Below, piece after piece: positions 1 through 11,856 of a stretch of 64,000 bases of DNA (positions are counted from its first letter, which is position 1; each line of letters starts with the position of its first letter). This DNA is from Octopus vulgaris (Eukaryota), in assembly GCA_951406725.2 (NCBI GenBank), contig OX597815.1:199268001-199332000 (forward strand), given 5' to 3'. Below the pieces are notes generated by a model. That model saw only the letters and a program-made list of their open reading frames with translations. It was not told where the DNA came from and did no database searches. The translations under genes were made by a program, and so were the position numbers.

Positions 1-285
1 ATGTATGGTTTGCATGTGAGTGTCCATGTATGCCTTTATATTATGCGTGACTTTGTGTGTTTCGCGTATGCGCATGCCCCCCCTACATATATTTATGCAC
101 GAATGCATGCACGTATGTATGTTTATGTTTATGTGTTTATATACGTAAATGTGCCAGGATGTTATATATGCATACATGTATCTAAATCTATACTGTATAT
201 ACGTTTGTGTGTGTGTGCATATACGTTTATGTATGTGTACATGTATACATGGATGCATGTAAATATGCATACACCTACATGCGTG

Positions 286-320
<35 letters not shown>

Positions 321-700
321 ATGTATGTATGCATGTATGCATGTATGCACATATATATATATATGAACATATGTATTATATACATATATACTTATATATG
401 TGTATATATATATACATACACACACACACACATATATATATATAAATATATGTATTATATACATGTATACTTATATATGTGTATATATATATATATACAT
501 ACTTACACACACACACACACGCACACATATATATATATATATATATATACAAACGCGCGCGCAGACATATATACATACATGTATACACAGAAATACACAT
601 ATGAATATAAGTATAAATGTGTATACCTACGTAGGCTTTTATATATGTGTTGTATGTGTCTAAGAGTGTGTGTATTAGTATGTAAGTATATGCATGCGAG
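1..700. repeat. Compound (TA)n/(CA)n/(TG)n low-complexity tract
   Basis: Direct reading; ORFs here are YI/CV/HT repeat translations. Confidence 0.9.
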
Positions 701-1329
701 CACGGTATGTTTAGTTCCAAGATGGCTGCTGCTACCTACAAGATGATCCATTGTTCAGACTAAGTGACTTTAAACGCCATTAAAATGACTGCCACCTGAC
801 TATGCTTCTTTTCAACTACGGCGAGCATCCATTAAGTCTTGGAAAGCAAGCTATTTTATCAGGATGGTTTTGTTATGAATAAGTGATGTTTTCCTTTCGT
901 GCTTTTGTTTCCTACCCATGGGAGGAAAGAATGAACGACAGAAAGAAGGAAAGAAAAATTGAAATAATGAATGAAAGGAATGAAATAAAGCAGAAAGGTG
1001 GGAGATTGTACGAAGAGGTGAGAGAGAAAGTGAGAGAGACACAGAGAGAGAGAAAGTGGGAGCGAGTGTGTGTATGTGTGCAAGGGTGGAAATAAAAGGA
1101 GGAAGGAGAGGGAATGACTGAGCGAGCAAGAGAAAGAGAAAGCAGCTGTAGGAGAGTGTGAGAGAAAAGGAGAGAGAGAGAAAGAGAGAGAGAGAGCGAG
1201 GGAGAATAAGTAAGGATAGAAAAGCAAAACAAGAAAGAGAGGAAATGTGGGTGAGAGTGAGAGGGGTGGCGAATGTCAAAGACAGATATGGAGCGGAGTT
1301 TACAGTGACTATTTCCTGTGAAGCATGTA

Positions 1330-1354
1330 CGCACGTACATATATATATACATAC

Positions 1355-1421
<67 letters not shown>

Positions 1422-1434
1422 CATACATATATAT

Positions 1435-1467
<33 letters not shown>

Positions 1468-2130
1468 TAAATACATACATATATGTGTGTATATATATAT
1501 ATATATATACATATATACATACATACATATATATATATATATACATAAATACATACATAAATACATACATATATACATACATATATATGTATATATATAT
1601 ACATATACATGCATATCGACATACATTCATGCGTACTTTCATGCATATGTACATATGTACATGCATACAAACATACATTCATACATGCATACATACATTC
1701 ACACACACAGGTACGTACATAGATGCATACATACATGCATACATACACACATACATGCACGCATACATGCATACAGACAAACATACATGCATACATACAC
1801 ACGCATACATGCATGCATACATACATTCATACATGCATGCATAAAAGTATTTATCCATGCATATATGCATACATACATACATACATACATACATTCATAC
1901 TTGCATACACGAATGTATATATACATATATACATACATACATATAAGCATACATACACGCATACACACAAACACACACACACAAGAATGCGCACATACAT
2001 GCATACACGAATGTATCTATACATCTATATATGCATTCATACACACATACATATAAGCATACATACACACATACACGTTTACACACAAACACAAGCATAC
2101 ATACATACATGCATGTATGCATGCATACGC
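1330..2130. repeat. Compound (TA)n/(TACA)n/(CATG) microsatellite tract
   Basis: Direct reading. Confidence 0.9.
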
Positions 2131-2337
2131 AATCTCTAACATAGGCGTCAGATTAGTATGTCTGGTCTCTCGTTTCGCGAATTCTCATTCTATCTCATTT
2201 CATCCTGTCCCAGAGGAATGGCCGCCGCTGACCGGATTGACATAGGAAGTGTTAGTGTTGCTTCCTTTTCATCCTCGGCTTCTTATCAACAACCAAACGT
2301 AGAACGAGGAAGAAGAAACAGGAAAGAAAACAGGTGT

Positions 2338-2444
2338 CGGTGGTGGTGGTGGTAGTGGTGGTGGTGGTGGTGGTGGTGGTGGTGGTGGTGGTAGTGGTGG
2401 TGGTGGCTGCAGCGGCGATGGTGGAGGGAAGCGGTGGTGGTGGT

Positions 2445-2507
<63 letters not shown>

Positions 2508-2552
2508 GGTGGTGGTGGTGGTGGTGGTGGTGTAGGTGGTGGTGGTGGTGAT
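2338..2552. repeat. (GGT)n/(GTT)n trinucleotide tract
   Basis: Direct reading. Confidence 0.9.
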
Positions 2553-2844
2553 GATAACGCTGGAGATAGCGATGGCAGTTGAGATGTCATTATGGCCTTC
2601 TGCTTAAGGTTTTGTCCTTTTAAGCTTTTGTGCATGTATGTATGTATTCAATATGTACGCTATTACGCTGTGTATTGTTTCGTTATCACACAAATCATTT
2701 ACATCACTGTACTAAACTCCTAAAAGGGTTTCTAACATGGCACACGACCTGCTAGAAATAGAAGCCAGATATGTATCTCTTCAACTCTAGCGTATTGATT
2801 TTCGATCGAGGTTCATATGACTTTTGTGGGGTGGTGGGGGTTCT

Positions 2845-3060
2845 CTTTTACTCTCTTTTACTCTTTTACTTGTTTCAATCATTTGACTGTGGCCGTGCTG
2901 GAGCACCGTCTTTAGTCGAGTAAACCGACCCCAGGATTTATTCTTTGTAAGCCTAGTGCTTATTCTATCGGTCTCGTTTGCAGAACCACTAAGTTACGGG
3001 GACGTAAACACACCACCATCGGTCATATGCCTGATTAGTGACTGTTGGGGGGGGGACACA

Positions 3061-3102
<42 letters not shown>

Positions 3103-3283
3103 TATATGAATTACACAAATATATACGACGGGCTTCTTTCAGTTTCCGTCTACCAAATCCACTCACAAGGCTTTAGTCGGCCCGAGGCTATAGTAGAAGA
3201 CACTTTCGCAAGATGCCACGCAGTGGGACTGAACCCGGAACCATGTGGTTGGTAAGCAAGCTGCTCACCACACAGCCACTCCT
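2845..3283 (-). mobile_element. SINE family A (tRNA head, CORE-like ACCTTGGGCAAGT domain, internal microsatellite, (AGTAAAAG)n tail)
   Basis: Homologous to copies at 30457-30858 and 42497-42980; A/B-box-like head; tail GGCGGTGCTCCAGCAYGGCCRCAGTCAAATGAYTGAAACAAGTAAAAGAG. Confidence 0.9.
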
Positions 3284-3464
3284 ACAGTAAGTCTGAGAAA
3301 ACATCTTGGATGATTACGACTGGAGTGAATGCCTTTAATCATATGCCTGATTAATGACTGTTGACATAAGAATAACCAACATCATCAACATCAGCAACAG
3401 CAGCAACAACATAATTACGAAGCGATGCATTTACATTGAAATTCTGCCAGGCAAAATTATACGT

Positions 3465-3612
3465 GGCAGCATGGTAAGAACATTATTTCCCAATCACATG
3501 GTTCTGGGTTCGATCTCACTTTAGGGTACTTTGGGGCAAGTGCCTCCCACTTTAGTTACGGGCCTACCAAAGCCTTGCAAATGACTTTGGTAGACAGAAA
3601 CTGTAAGAAACC
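3465..3612 (+). mobile_element. Degenerate SINE family A 5' portion
   Basis: CACATGGTTCTGGGTTCG...GGGCAAGTG...GGTAGACAGAAACTG similarity. Confidence 0.7.
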
Positions 3613-3662
3613 GACTGGGTTTAAAAGTACCAAGGTTCAAAACAAAGCAATAAGTACCGGTG

Positions 3663-3792
3663 CAGCTCTTTATTTAAGAGATGAGGACTTATGTACATTA
3701 TTTACATTATTTACGTTATTTACATTCGGCGGATATTTGTCCTCGTCTTGTTTGTTGATAACATAACGTTTCCACTACGCCATATGCCCACA
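3663..3792 (-). mobile_element. Internally deleted tRNA-headed/HHR-tail element (family E)
   Basis: Minus strand reads TGTGGGCATATGGCGTAGTG fused to GAAACGTTATGTTATCAACAAACAAGACGAGGACAAATATCCG, the tail also seen at 41110-41280 and 45722-45895. Confidence 0.75.
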
Positions 3793-3815
3793 ACGTAATC
3801 ACTACGTCAAGTGCC

Positions 3816-4190
3816 TGTGGGCGTATGGTATAGTGGTTAAGAGCGCGGGCTGCTAACCCCAAGATTCCGAGTCCGATTCGAAGCAGTGACCTGAACAATA
3901 ACAATAATAATAATAATTATTAATTCTTTTTATTAGCCACAAGGGCTGACACACATGATTGGAAAACATAAAGGGACAAAACAGGACGAACGTTTAAAAA
4001 AGGTTTTGTCCGTTTTTCGAAAGAAAAAAGTCCGTGTAAACAAGCTTTACAACAACGAAAAAAATTCAACAATTTACAAAACTCCCAATAGAGGAGACGC
4101 TTCGAAAAAGGGAAAAGGTCTCACGCGGTTCGAAATTTTCCCAAGACACCTAAAGAAGGATGGAGGGTATATCACTCGAAACGTCGGTTT
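3816..4190 (+). mobile_element. tRNA-headed family E element with (AAT)n spacer and decayed hammerhead, interrupted by an antisense LINE-like tail at about 3921-4125
   Basis: Head TGTGGGCGTATGGTATAGTGGTTAAGAGCGCGGGCTGCTAACCCC...GAGTCCGATTC (A/B-box-like); tail GGTTCGAAATTTTCCCAAGACACCTAAAGAAGG...GAAACGTC. Confidence 0.7.
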
Positions 4191-4207
4191 GTTGGACTAA
4201 ATTTCTT

Positions 4208-4260
4208 TAAGGCGGTGCCCCGGCATGGCCGCAGTCTGATGACTGAAACAAGTAAAAAAC
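4208..4260 (+). mobile_element. Isolated 3' tail of SINE A or its partner LINE
   Basis: AAGGCGGTGCCCCGGCATGGCCGCAGTCTGATGACTGAAACAAGTAAAA. Confidence 0.75.
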
Positions 4261-4444
4261 AAAAAAAAAAAGGAAAAACAAAACGAATATATATGTAAGC
4301 ATGTATCTGAGTATGCGCATATATGTATGTGTGCATGTGTGAGTATGTTTATATATGTGTATGCATGTCTGTATGTCTGTGCGTATATAAATAGAGATAT
4401 ATAGATATAGATACAGACATATAATGTAGGAGTGGTAAAATGCA

Positions 4445-4484
<40 letters not shown>

Positions 4485-4619
4485 GCAGTGAGAACCTTCT
4501 CTAACGTAGCATAGAGCTCAGTATTTGGGGTTAAGCGTAAATATAATCTTATTATATCAAAAGTTGAGATCCAAGATGTGTATATGTGCGCGCCGACTTG
4601 TGCATTAAGACAAAACACT

Positions 4620-4664
<45 letters not shown>

Positions 4665-4942
4665 TCTCTCACTCTCTCTGTATATATATTTCGAAACACG
4701 CATTGAGTCGAAACAGGGGCAGCTGAAGAAGGGGAATGTTCCTTGTATTGTTTGTCTTGTACTCTGCTTTTTCGTTGTTAAGAAAAGTCCGTTTCCTTGT
4801 TTGGTTTTATGTTTTTGTTTCTCGTGTTCTACGTTTATTTGTGGTGTCCTGTACCCATATATGCATGTATATATACATATAGATGTAGGTATGTACATAT
4901 ATGTCTGTATGTATGCATATGTTTTATTTATTATATTGTTAC

Positions 4943-4974
<32 letters not shown>

Positions 4975-5218
4975 GTCTAGACCTCTCATACGCACTAATA
5001 CTCTCTCATACACACACACACACTCTTCTCATACACACACACACACACTCCTATGTTTGAACGGGGGTCATTCAACCCTATTATCTCCCCTAATTTCGCT
5101 CTTGCGTCTCATGTTTGATCTTTGACTTCTGGCCGAAATCAGATCGCCATGTTGATTCGCTAGCTTTTGCACGCATATTTTTTTTCTCTCCTTCTTTCTG
5201 TGTTTTTTTCTCTGTGTA

Positions 5219-5256
5219 TCTTTCTGTTGAAGAGCGTAGGCTCGAAACGTTAAAGA
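5219..5256 (+). ncRNA. Minimal type-I hammerhead-like motif, A6U core variant
   Basis: UCUUU-CUGUUGA-A-GAGC(GUAG)GCUC-GAAACGUU-AAAGA: stem I UCUUU/AAAGA, stem II GAGC/GCUC, palindromic ACGU stem III. Confidence 0.6.
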
Positions 5257-5561
5257 CTTGTTTCATTTATATTTCCTGAGCGCCATACTAATACAATTGT
5301 TTGTCTGTATTCCACCTGCATTCGTCTTTTGTTTATTTCCGTAAACCTGCCTTCGTCTTTTGTCTATTTTCATAAAGCTTACCGTTATATATATATATAT
5401 ATACATATATATACATACATATATATACATATATACATATATATATATACATATCTATATCTATATACATATATATATACATACATATCTAAATATATAT
5501 ATACATATATATACATATCTATATATATATACATATATATATGCATATCTATATATATATG

Positions 5562-5593
<32 letters not shown>

Positions 5594-5599
5594 AAACTT

Positions 5600-5894
5600 A
5601 GAAGACTTAGATAAAACTTAGATATGTTTCGACCAGAGATTGGTCCAGGCCATGTCTAACTTAATAGCACCACCTGATAGGATTATTCGAATCCTGTTTA
5701 AGTCAAGTTTTGTTCAAGTAGTGAGTTCTTGTTGGGTGAGTTGTATCCAATTATGGGTGGCTTATCTGGTATTCTTTGAAGGAATCTATCCAGACTCTGT
5801 TCAAAGTTGATGGGATCCTTTTCCTCTTTGATCTCCCTCGGGACAATGTTAAATAGGGCAGGGCCTGTTGAGGAAAAGAAATTATGTTGCAGTG

Positions 5895-5895
<1 letters not shown>
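5600..5895 (-). mobile_element. 3' end of a CR1/L2-group LINE (RT C-terminus, 3' stem-loop, (TCTAAGTTTTA)n tail)
   Basis: ORF ...[40 protein letters not shown]...NSLLE, same motif pattern as GPQLFN..P...R...FK..D.FL..VPD at 10183-10665. Confidence 0.75.
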
Positions 5896-5950
<55 letters not shown>

Positions 5951-6006
5951 TACATATCTATATATACATGTATATACATATCTATATGTATATATACATA
6001 CGTATA

Positions 6007-6066
6007 TAGACGTGGCCTGGACCAATCTTTGGTCGAAACATATCTAAGTTTTATCTAAGTTTTATA
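6007..6066 (+). mobile_element. Second, inverted copy of the same LINE 3' terminus
   Basis: Reverse complement of 5605-5658 with 2 mismatches. Confidence 0.8.
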
Positions 6067-6587
6067 TACATATATATATAAACAACGTTCTTGATTAAGC
6101 ATATGTTTGTGTTTTACAAAAGTATAGAGTAGCGCATCAGATTAATATCAAATTGTGTTTTTATGTTGCTGAAGTTAAATACAATTCTTGATATATGTAC
6201 GCAAACACACACACGCGTACGTATCTTTTGTATGTGCGAATATATCTCTTATTATAGAATTATATAGAAATAGCATTTTGTAGCATAGATTATGTTATTG
6301 CAAAGAAAATACATTTAATCATAACATAGTAAAATCCAGTTTATTATCAGACTAACTAAACGTTAGATGGCTTCATTCTTGCACATTCTTAATTGAGTTT
6401 TGGTTAATTAATATTTCAACGATTTGTTTCCTGACTCTCTCGAACAGAACAAATCGCTAATCTAAACGTATATTACTTTTCTTTTCACCAACCAATTAAT
6501 TAAAATCTCTTAACTCACTATATTAAATAAGTTATCATCAACCATACCATTAGTTAAGTATAGTACATATTCAGCAGAACGCATATG

Positions 6588-6634
<47 letters not shown>

Positions 6635-7394
6635 GTTTATTTAGTACGGCGCAAACATCTTTATACCATGCGAAAGAATTATAGCATCAGTATTAATCAA
6701 AAGGCGTAATACGATATCAAAAAATAACTGAAACTAAATCATTCTAAGTAGAAACACACAATTACCAAATCAATAATAATATAGGCTAATTAAGTGTGAA
6801 ATTTGTTACTTTTCAAAGGAAGTGTATTCTCAAGTTCATCTGACCTATAGTTTATGATAAATGCTTTTTTTGTTTTACTCTCTTCTTTATTTAATTTCAT
6901 TTCCTTTCAATGAATTTCTAGTATAGTTTGATTTATTACTCGTTTATTTTATTACTGTGTAAACCGAAAAATAAATGAGAGATAATATGTGCGTGTATGT
7001 ATGACAGAAGATACATACATGTATATATGTATGTATGTATGTATTCATATATATAAACACGCATATATATTTATACATGCATATTTATATATATATATGT
7101 GTGTGTGTATATATATATATAGAGAGAGAGATAGAGAGACATAGATAGATAGATAGATAGATTGATAGATAGATAGATAGATAGATAGGTAGGTAGGTAG
7201 GTAGGTAGGTAGGTGGGTGGGTAGGTAGGTAGCTAGGTAGGTAGGTAGATAGATAGAAAATGAAAGAAATGAGAAATAAAGAAATATTCTTACAATGCAG
7301 AAAGTTTTACAAAAACAAAGCATTATTAGAAACTTTCATTAATTCTCTTTTTCTTCGTCTCTTACTTCTGTGTTGCAATGCTTCAAACGGTACA

Positions 7395-7655
7395 TTCTGC
7401 TCGTGAAATTAACGTGCAAGTGGCTGAGCACCCCACAGACATGTGTACCCTTAACGTAGTTCTCAGAGAGACGTAGAATGTGACGAAGCTAGTCCTTTCA
7501 AATACAGGTTCAAGTCATTTATGCCAGCTGAATGGACTGGAGCAACGTGGAATGAAGTGTCTCGCTCAAGGATACAACGGACCGCCGGGAAAAAAATTCG
7601 TGACCTTTCGATTGTGACCCGGTTATCCTAACGTCTAAGCCATGCGCCTTCACAT
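7395..7655 (-). mobile_element. SINE family C (tRNA head, GTCCTTGAGCAAGACACTT domain, tail shared with family B), decayed
   Basis: Similarity to 24799-25437 on the opposite strand. Confidence 0.8.
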
Positions 7656-7779
7656 ATCTGTATACATGCGTATAAATACATGTATATTGTTGAACGTGAA
7701 AAGCCAGTTACCCAAAGCAAACGTGCATCGATGATCTCTCTCTGCTTCGTCTGTTCCAACAAAGAATGCTAGAAATATC

Positions 7780-7942
7780 TTGGCATAGAAGTGGTTGTGT
7801 GATAAGTATCGTGATTACCAACCACATGGTTCCGGGTTCAGTCCCACTGCAGGGCACCTTGGGCAAGTGTCTTCTACTATAGCCTCGGGCCGACCAAAGC
7901 CTTGTTAGTGGATTTGGTAGACGGAAACTGAAAGAAGCCCAT

Positions 7943-8014
<72 letters not shown>

Positions 8015-8460
8015 GGTCCCGGGTTGATTCGGGGTTAACCACAGTAAATAAGGTACTCAATACATAGCAGAGTAAAATTAATTTATTATATAGAAGGAGC
8101 TTCTACAGGACTAGAACTGTTTCATTCAAGAGAAATCATCCTGATGATTTCTCTTGAATGAAACAGTTCTAGTCCTGTAAAGCTCCTTCTATATAATAAA
8201 TATATATATATATATATATATAAATATATATATATATATGTTTGTGTGTGTGTATGTTTGTGTGTCTGTGTTTGTCCCCCCAACATCGCTTGACAAAAAA
8301 TGCTGGTGTGTTTAGGTCCCCGTAACTTAGCGGTTCGTCAAAAGAGACTGATAGAATAAGTACTGGGCTTACAAAGAATAAGCCCTGGGGTCGATTTGCT
8401 CGGCTACATGCAGTGCTCCAGCATGGCCACAGTCAAATGACTGAAACAAGTAAAAAGAGT
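7780..8460 (+). mobile_element. SINE family A with a Penelope-like fragment inserted in its internal (TA)n
   Basis: Head 7780-7945 and tail 8240-8460 match family A. Confidence 0.88.
8012..8201. mobile_element. Penelope-like pLTR fragment with about 60-bp inverted duplication containing a hammerhead core
   Basis: Arms 8081-8140 and 8143-8201 with 2-nt loop; + strand reads CTGATGA-TTTCTCTTGAAT-GAAAC-AGTTCTA-GTC. Confidence 0.65.
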
Positions 8461-8598
8461 ATTGATAAAAACACAACAAGCGAAGAGTTTGTGGGTAAAG
8501 ACGGAGAGACCCGAGATATTTCACAACAGTTAGGAAAATATGGCAGTCGGAACTTTCTTGTTACAACAAAACATTATCACACTATTCATTTGCAATAA

Positions 8599-8981
8599 GG
8601 AAACACTCCGTCAGTTACGACGATGAGGGTTCCGGTGGATCCGAATCAACGGAACAGCCTGCTCGTGAAATTAACGTGTAAGTGGCTGAGCACTCCACAG
8701 ACACGTGTACCCTTACCGTAGTTCTCGGGGATATTCAGCGTGACACAGAGAGTGACAAAGCCGGCCCTTTGAAATACAGGTACAACAGAAACAGGAAGTA
8801 AGAGTGAGAGAAAGTTGTGGTGAAAGAGTACAGCAGGGATCACCACCATCCCCTGCCGGAGATCGTGGAGCTTTAGGTGTTTTCGCTCAATAAACACTCA
8901 CAACGCCCGGTCTGGGAATCGAAACCGCGATCCTATGACCGCGAGTCCGCTGCCTTAAACACTGGGCCACTGTGCCTCCAC
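8599..8981 (-). mobile_element. SINE family B (tRNA-Arg-like head; probably an octopus OR-type SINE)
   Basis: Head GGAGGCACAGTGGCCCAGTG...GGTTTCGATTCCCAGACCGGG; TSD CATTTGCAATA on both sides. Confidence 0.9.
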
Positions 8982-9348
8982 CAACATTTGCAATAGCAGA
9001 GTTGATTCTAATATTTGGTCTGGTTGACTGGTCTGTAAAGGGAACCCGCTCAATAAGCATTTAAACCTACAAGGTAATGAGATCAATTGGAAACATCCAC
9101 CGAAACACTGATGTCGATAGTTTCTGCCTATGAAGAGATGATGGCGGCAGAGGCTTGATATCAGTGCGGACAGACTTTGAATATATAGTGACCCTTTCAG
9201 GCAACAACTGCTAAGCAACAGCAGCAAAAGAAAGTACATAATTCTAATGCGGAAAAGCGAAGAGAACAGCACGCTACACGCTGGCAGTGAGCTCCTCAGA
9301 ACGTACTGTTTTAATCACGACCTCCCATATCATATTAAAACTCACAAA

Positions 9349-9415
<67 letters not shown>

Positions 9416-9416
<1 letters not shown>

Positions 9417-9484
9417 AAATTAGAAATAGCAGTCAAGACTGTTTATTTCTATTTTCTACAGTCTTGACTGCTATTTCTAATTTT
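9416..9484. repeat. Perfect 27-bp inverted repeat with 15-nt loop
   Basis: AAAATTAGAAATAGCAGTCAAGACTGT / ACAGTCTTGACTGCTATTTCTAATTTT. Confidence 0.85.
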
Positions 9485-9651
9485 TCGATATGCGGCCAAG
9501 CAACCTGTTGCCTGTCCCCTTTTATTTAGATGCAATATATATACTGGACTTTACAGAAGTTCCTACCGTTAATTGGTTATATTTACATACCGAATTCTAC
9601 CAGTAAATAATTGTTTGTTTTTTTTAAAACCATTATAGAAATTATTTACTC

Positions 9652-9719
<68 letters not shown>

Positions 9720-10289
9720 TATATACACACACAAACGTGCATATATATTTTTATATAGGTGCACAAATATACGTTATATCAACTGAGATGTGCGTGTGTT
9801 TTTGTCTGTGTCTGTATGTGTATGCGACTTTCAGTAAAGAATTTTATTAATATCAAATGGCATGTCATTGGCTCATTTTAAGTTATTTCCCCTGTGCTTA
9901 TTTATTTACTGAAAGTCGTACAAAACAAAAGAAAAACATCTTAATTATAAATTTCAGTTAAATGTAATTTACATCTTAGCTGGGGATCGAAAACAATACC
10001 CTAGTACTAATTATTAGTAAGATAGTCATGGAGGAGATGAGAATGGCTCGAAAGTCGATGTCAATAATTAGACAACAAAAACTACAATATTTTGGTTATG
10101 TTATCACGGTTTAGAATCTCTCTTGCCGCATCTTCAAGAACTGCGTGAACAGAAAACAGGTTTGTGAACTTCAAAGTCGAAGGTGGAGCAACGGCATCAA
10201 AACTGGACCGAGAAACTTGGATATGTCTACTTGGCGATGTGCTGCAGCGAGAAATTACAATTTGTGGCAATTTGTGGCAATTTGTGGCA

Positions 10290-10745
10290 AAGAATGAGTC
10301 ATATATATGCCATAATATACATCTGGAAGATCCTGGAAGGACTTGTCCCAAACTTTGGCATCGAGAGTTACACAAATGCCAGAACTGGGCGCCACTGCAC
10401 AGTGCCAAGGACTCCAAATTGGCCATCAAGATGTAGGACAAGACACTGTGATAGCCTGGGCTTCAGAGGCCCACAGCTCTTCAATATCCACCCGAAGAAC
10501 CTGAGGGACCTGCATGGGGTGGATGCGGATGTCTTTAAAGTAGGACCGGATTTCTTTTTGTCAGGTGTCCCGGATGTACAAACTTCACGGCAGGAGGTGC
10601 AGATGAGGGCAGCCGCATCGAACTCTCTCATGCACCAAATGGCAGTTGCTAAAAAGCATTCGTGAAGTAAAATCATGTAGCAACACCAAATGGCGATGCC
10701 CCAGCATGACCACAGCTCGTGAGCTGAAACTAGATAAAATATAAA
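10290..10745 (+). mobile_element. 3' fragment of a CR1/L2-group LINE (RT C-terminal region and 3' UTR stem-loop)
   Basis: YAIIYIWKILEGLVPNFGI...LGFRGPQLFNIHPKNLRDL...FK...FLSGVPD; tail GGCGATGCCCCAGCATGACCACAGCTCGTGAGCTGAAAC. Confidence 0.8.
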
Positions 10746-11514
10746 AAAATATATAAATATGTATTAGAGAACTCTCGCGCCTATACCATGAGGTTGTGCA
10801 TATTTATTCATTTAATCTAAAACAAATGAAGAAGCAATTTCAATATCGTAAGAATAAATTTCTCCAGTTAATTCACAAACGAAGAGAAAGAACCGTCTGA
10901 TATTTGCAAGAGAAGGACAACTATGAAAATAGGTATCGGTCTGTTTTATTTCATTCGTATACCATGGTGGACTCATACACATATACATATATATCTAAAC
11001 AAATACTCGTACATATTCTCGCGGCAACGACATAGAAACATACTTATGCTAAAATATATTTACAATCACATACTTATACACATACACAAACGATAATATT
11101 CATACACAAGTGCATACACATCCCAAAACATCGATAGATCCAAACACATAATTGTAGATACATTCACACACTTACTTAAGCATATATACGTTAGTGTTCA
11201 TTCACAGATTACTTACATAGGAACTGGGGACGCTAGGAATTTAAAATGACGTTATCGAAACAAACTAGATATTGTGAGATAAGGAGAAGATGTGTATAGA
11301 AAGATAGGGAGGGGGAGAGAAAAGAAGGATAAAACAAAGTAAAGAGAGAGAGATAGAGGTGAGAGGAACGGGCACATTGTAAATATTTAAAAAATACACG
11401 AACAGAAAGGAAAAAAGGGAAGAGAGGGTAAAAATTCTGGAAAGTAAAAATAAAAGATGGAAGAAAAACATAAAAGATAACTTGCAGGAATTATTATTTG
11501 AAAATATAAATACA

Positions 11515-11720
11515 GTGTGCATTTAAACACATAAGAGGTAGCCATGATAGGACTATCTGCACGCTAGAGAGGACAGTTGAATTCCGAACCATTATTAGAG
11601 ATAAAATATCGAAGAGAATGAAAAATAAAAACATTTACCATCTAACTCCTGGACCAATGGTTTCAGACATTTTTTAGCAAATAAAATAATTTGCTAGGCG
11701 AAGCCTTCTTCAGCAGGTAT
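11515..11720 (-). mobile_element. Short HHR-bearing repeat (family F), homologous to 26175-26390
   Basis: Shared blocks TGCATTTAAACACAT, CACGCTAGA, TGAAAAATAAAAAC.TTTACC, TTTTTAGCA...TTTGCTA.GCGAA. Confidence 0.75.
11648..11717 (-). ncRNA. Type-I hammerhead ribozyme, canonical core
   Basis: CCUG-CUGAAGA-AGGC...(UAGCAAAU/AUUUGCUA)...GUCU-GAAA-CCAUUG-GUC|CAGG; all three stems pair. Confidence 0.8.
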
Positions 11721-11856
11721 GTCTTTAAATGTACACTGTAATAATATACAGTCTATTGACTAAATTTTTAAACGCTAGTCCACTTGTAATGGAAATTTCT
11801 AATATTCCAGATTACCCTTTGATATTATTAATTATATATACATATACATATTCATA

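Noticed and set aside
2158-2635. Pro/Thr-rich minus ORF and nearby GC-richer unique sequence as a host exon
   Set aside because: Content is explained by (GGT)n/(GTT)n; no recognisable domain or splice structure. A UTR cannot be excluded without RNA data
3816-3895. Functional tRNA gene (also the heads of SINE A, B and C)
   Set aside because: No complete acceptor stem or cloverleaf; runs directly into a repeat body
4230-4252. CTGATGA...GAAAC as a hammerhead
   Set aside because: This is the SINE/LINE 3' stem-loop CAGTC-TGAT-GACTG; no room for stem II
4715-4860. Hammerhead at CTGAAGA-AGGGGAA/TTCCTT (similar at 23886-23910)
   Set aside because: Core and hairpin present but no GAAA or NUH follows; at most a decayed PLE terminus
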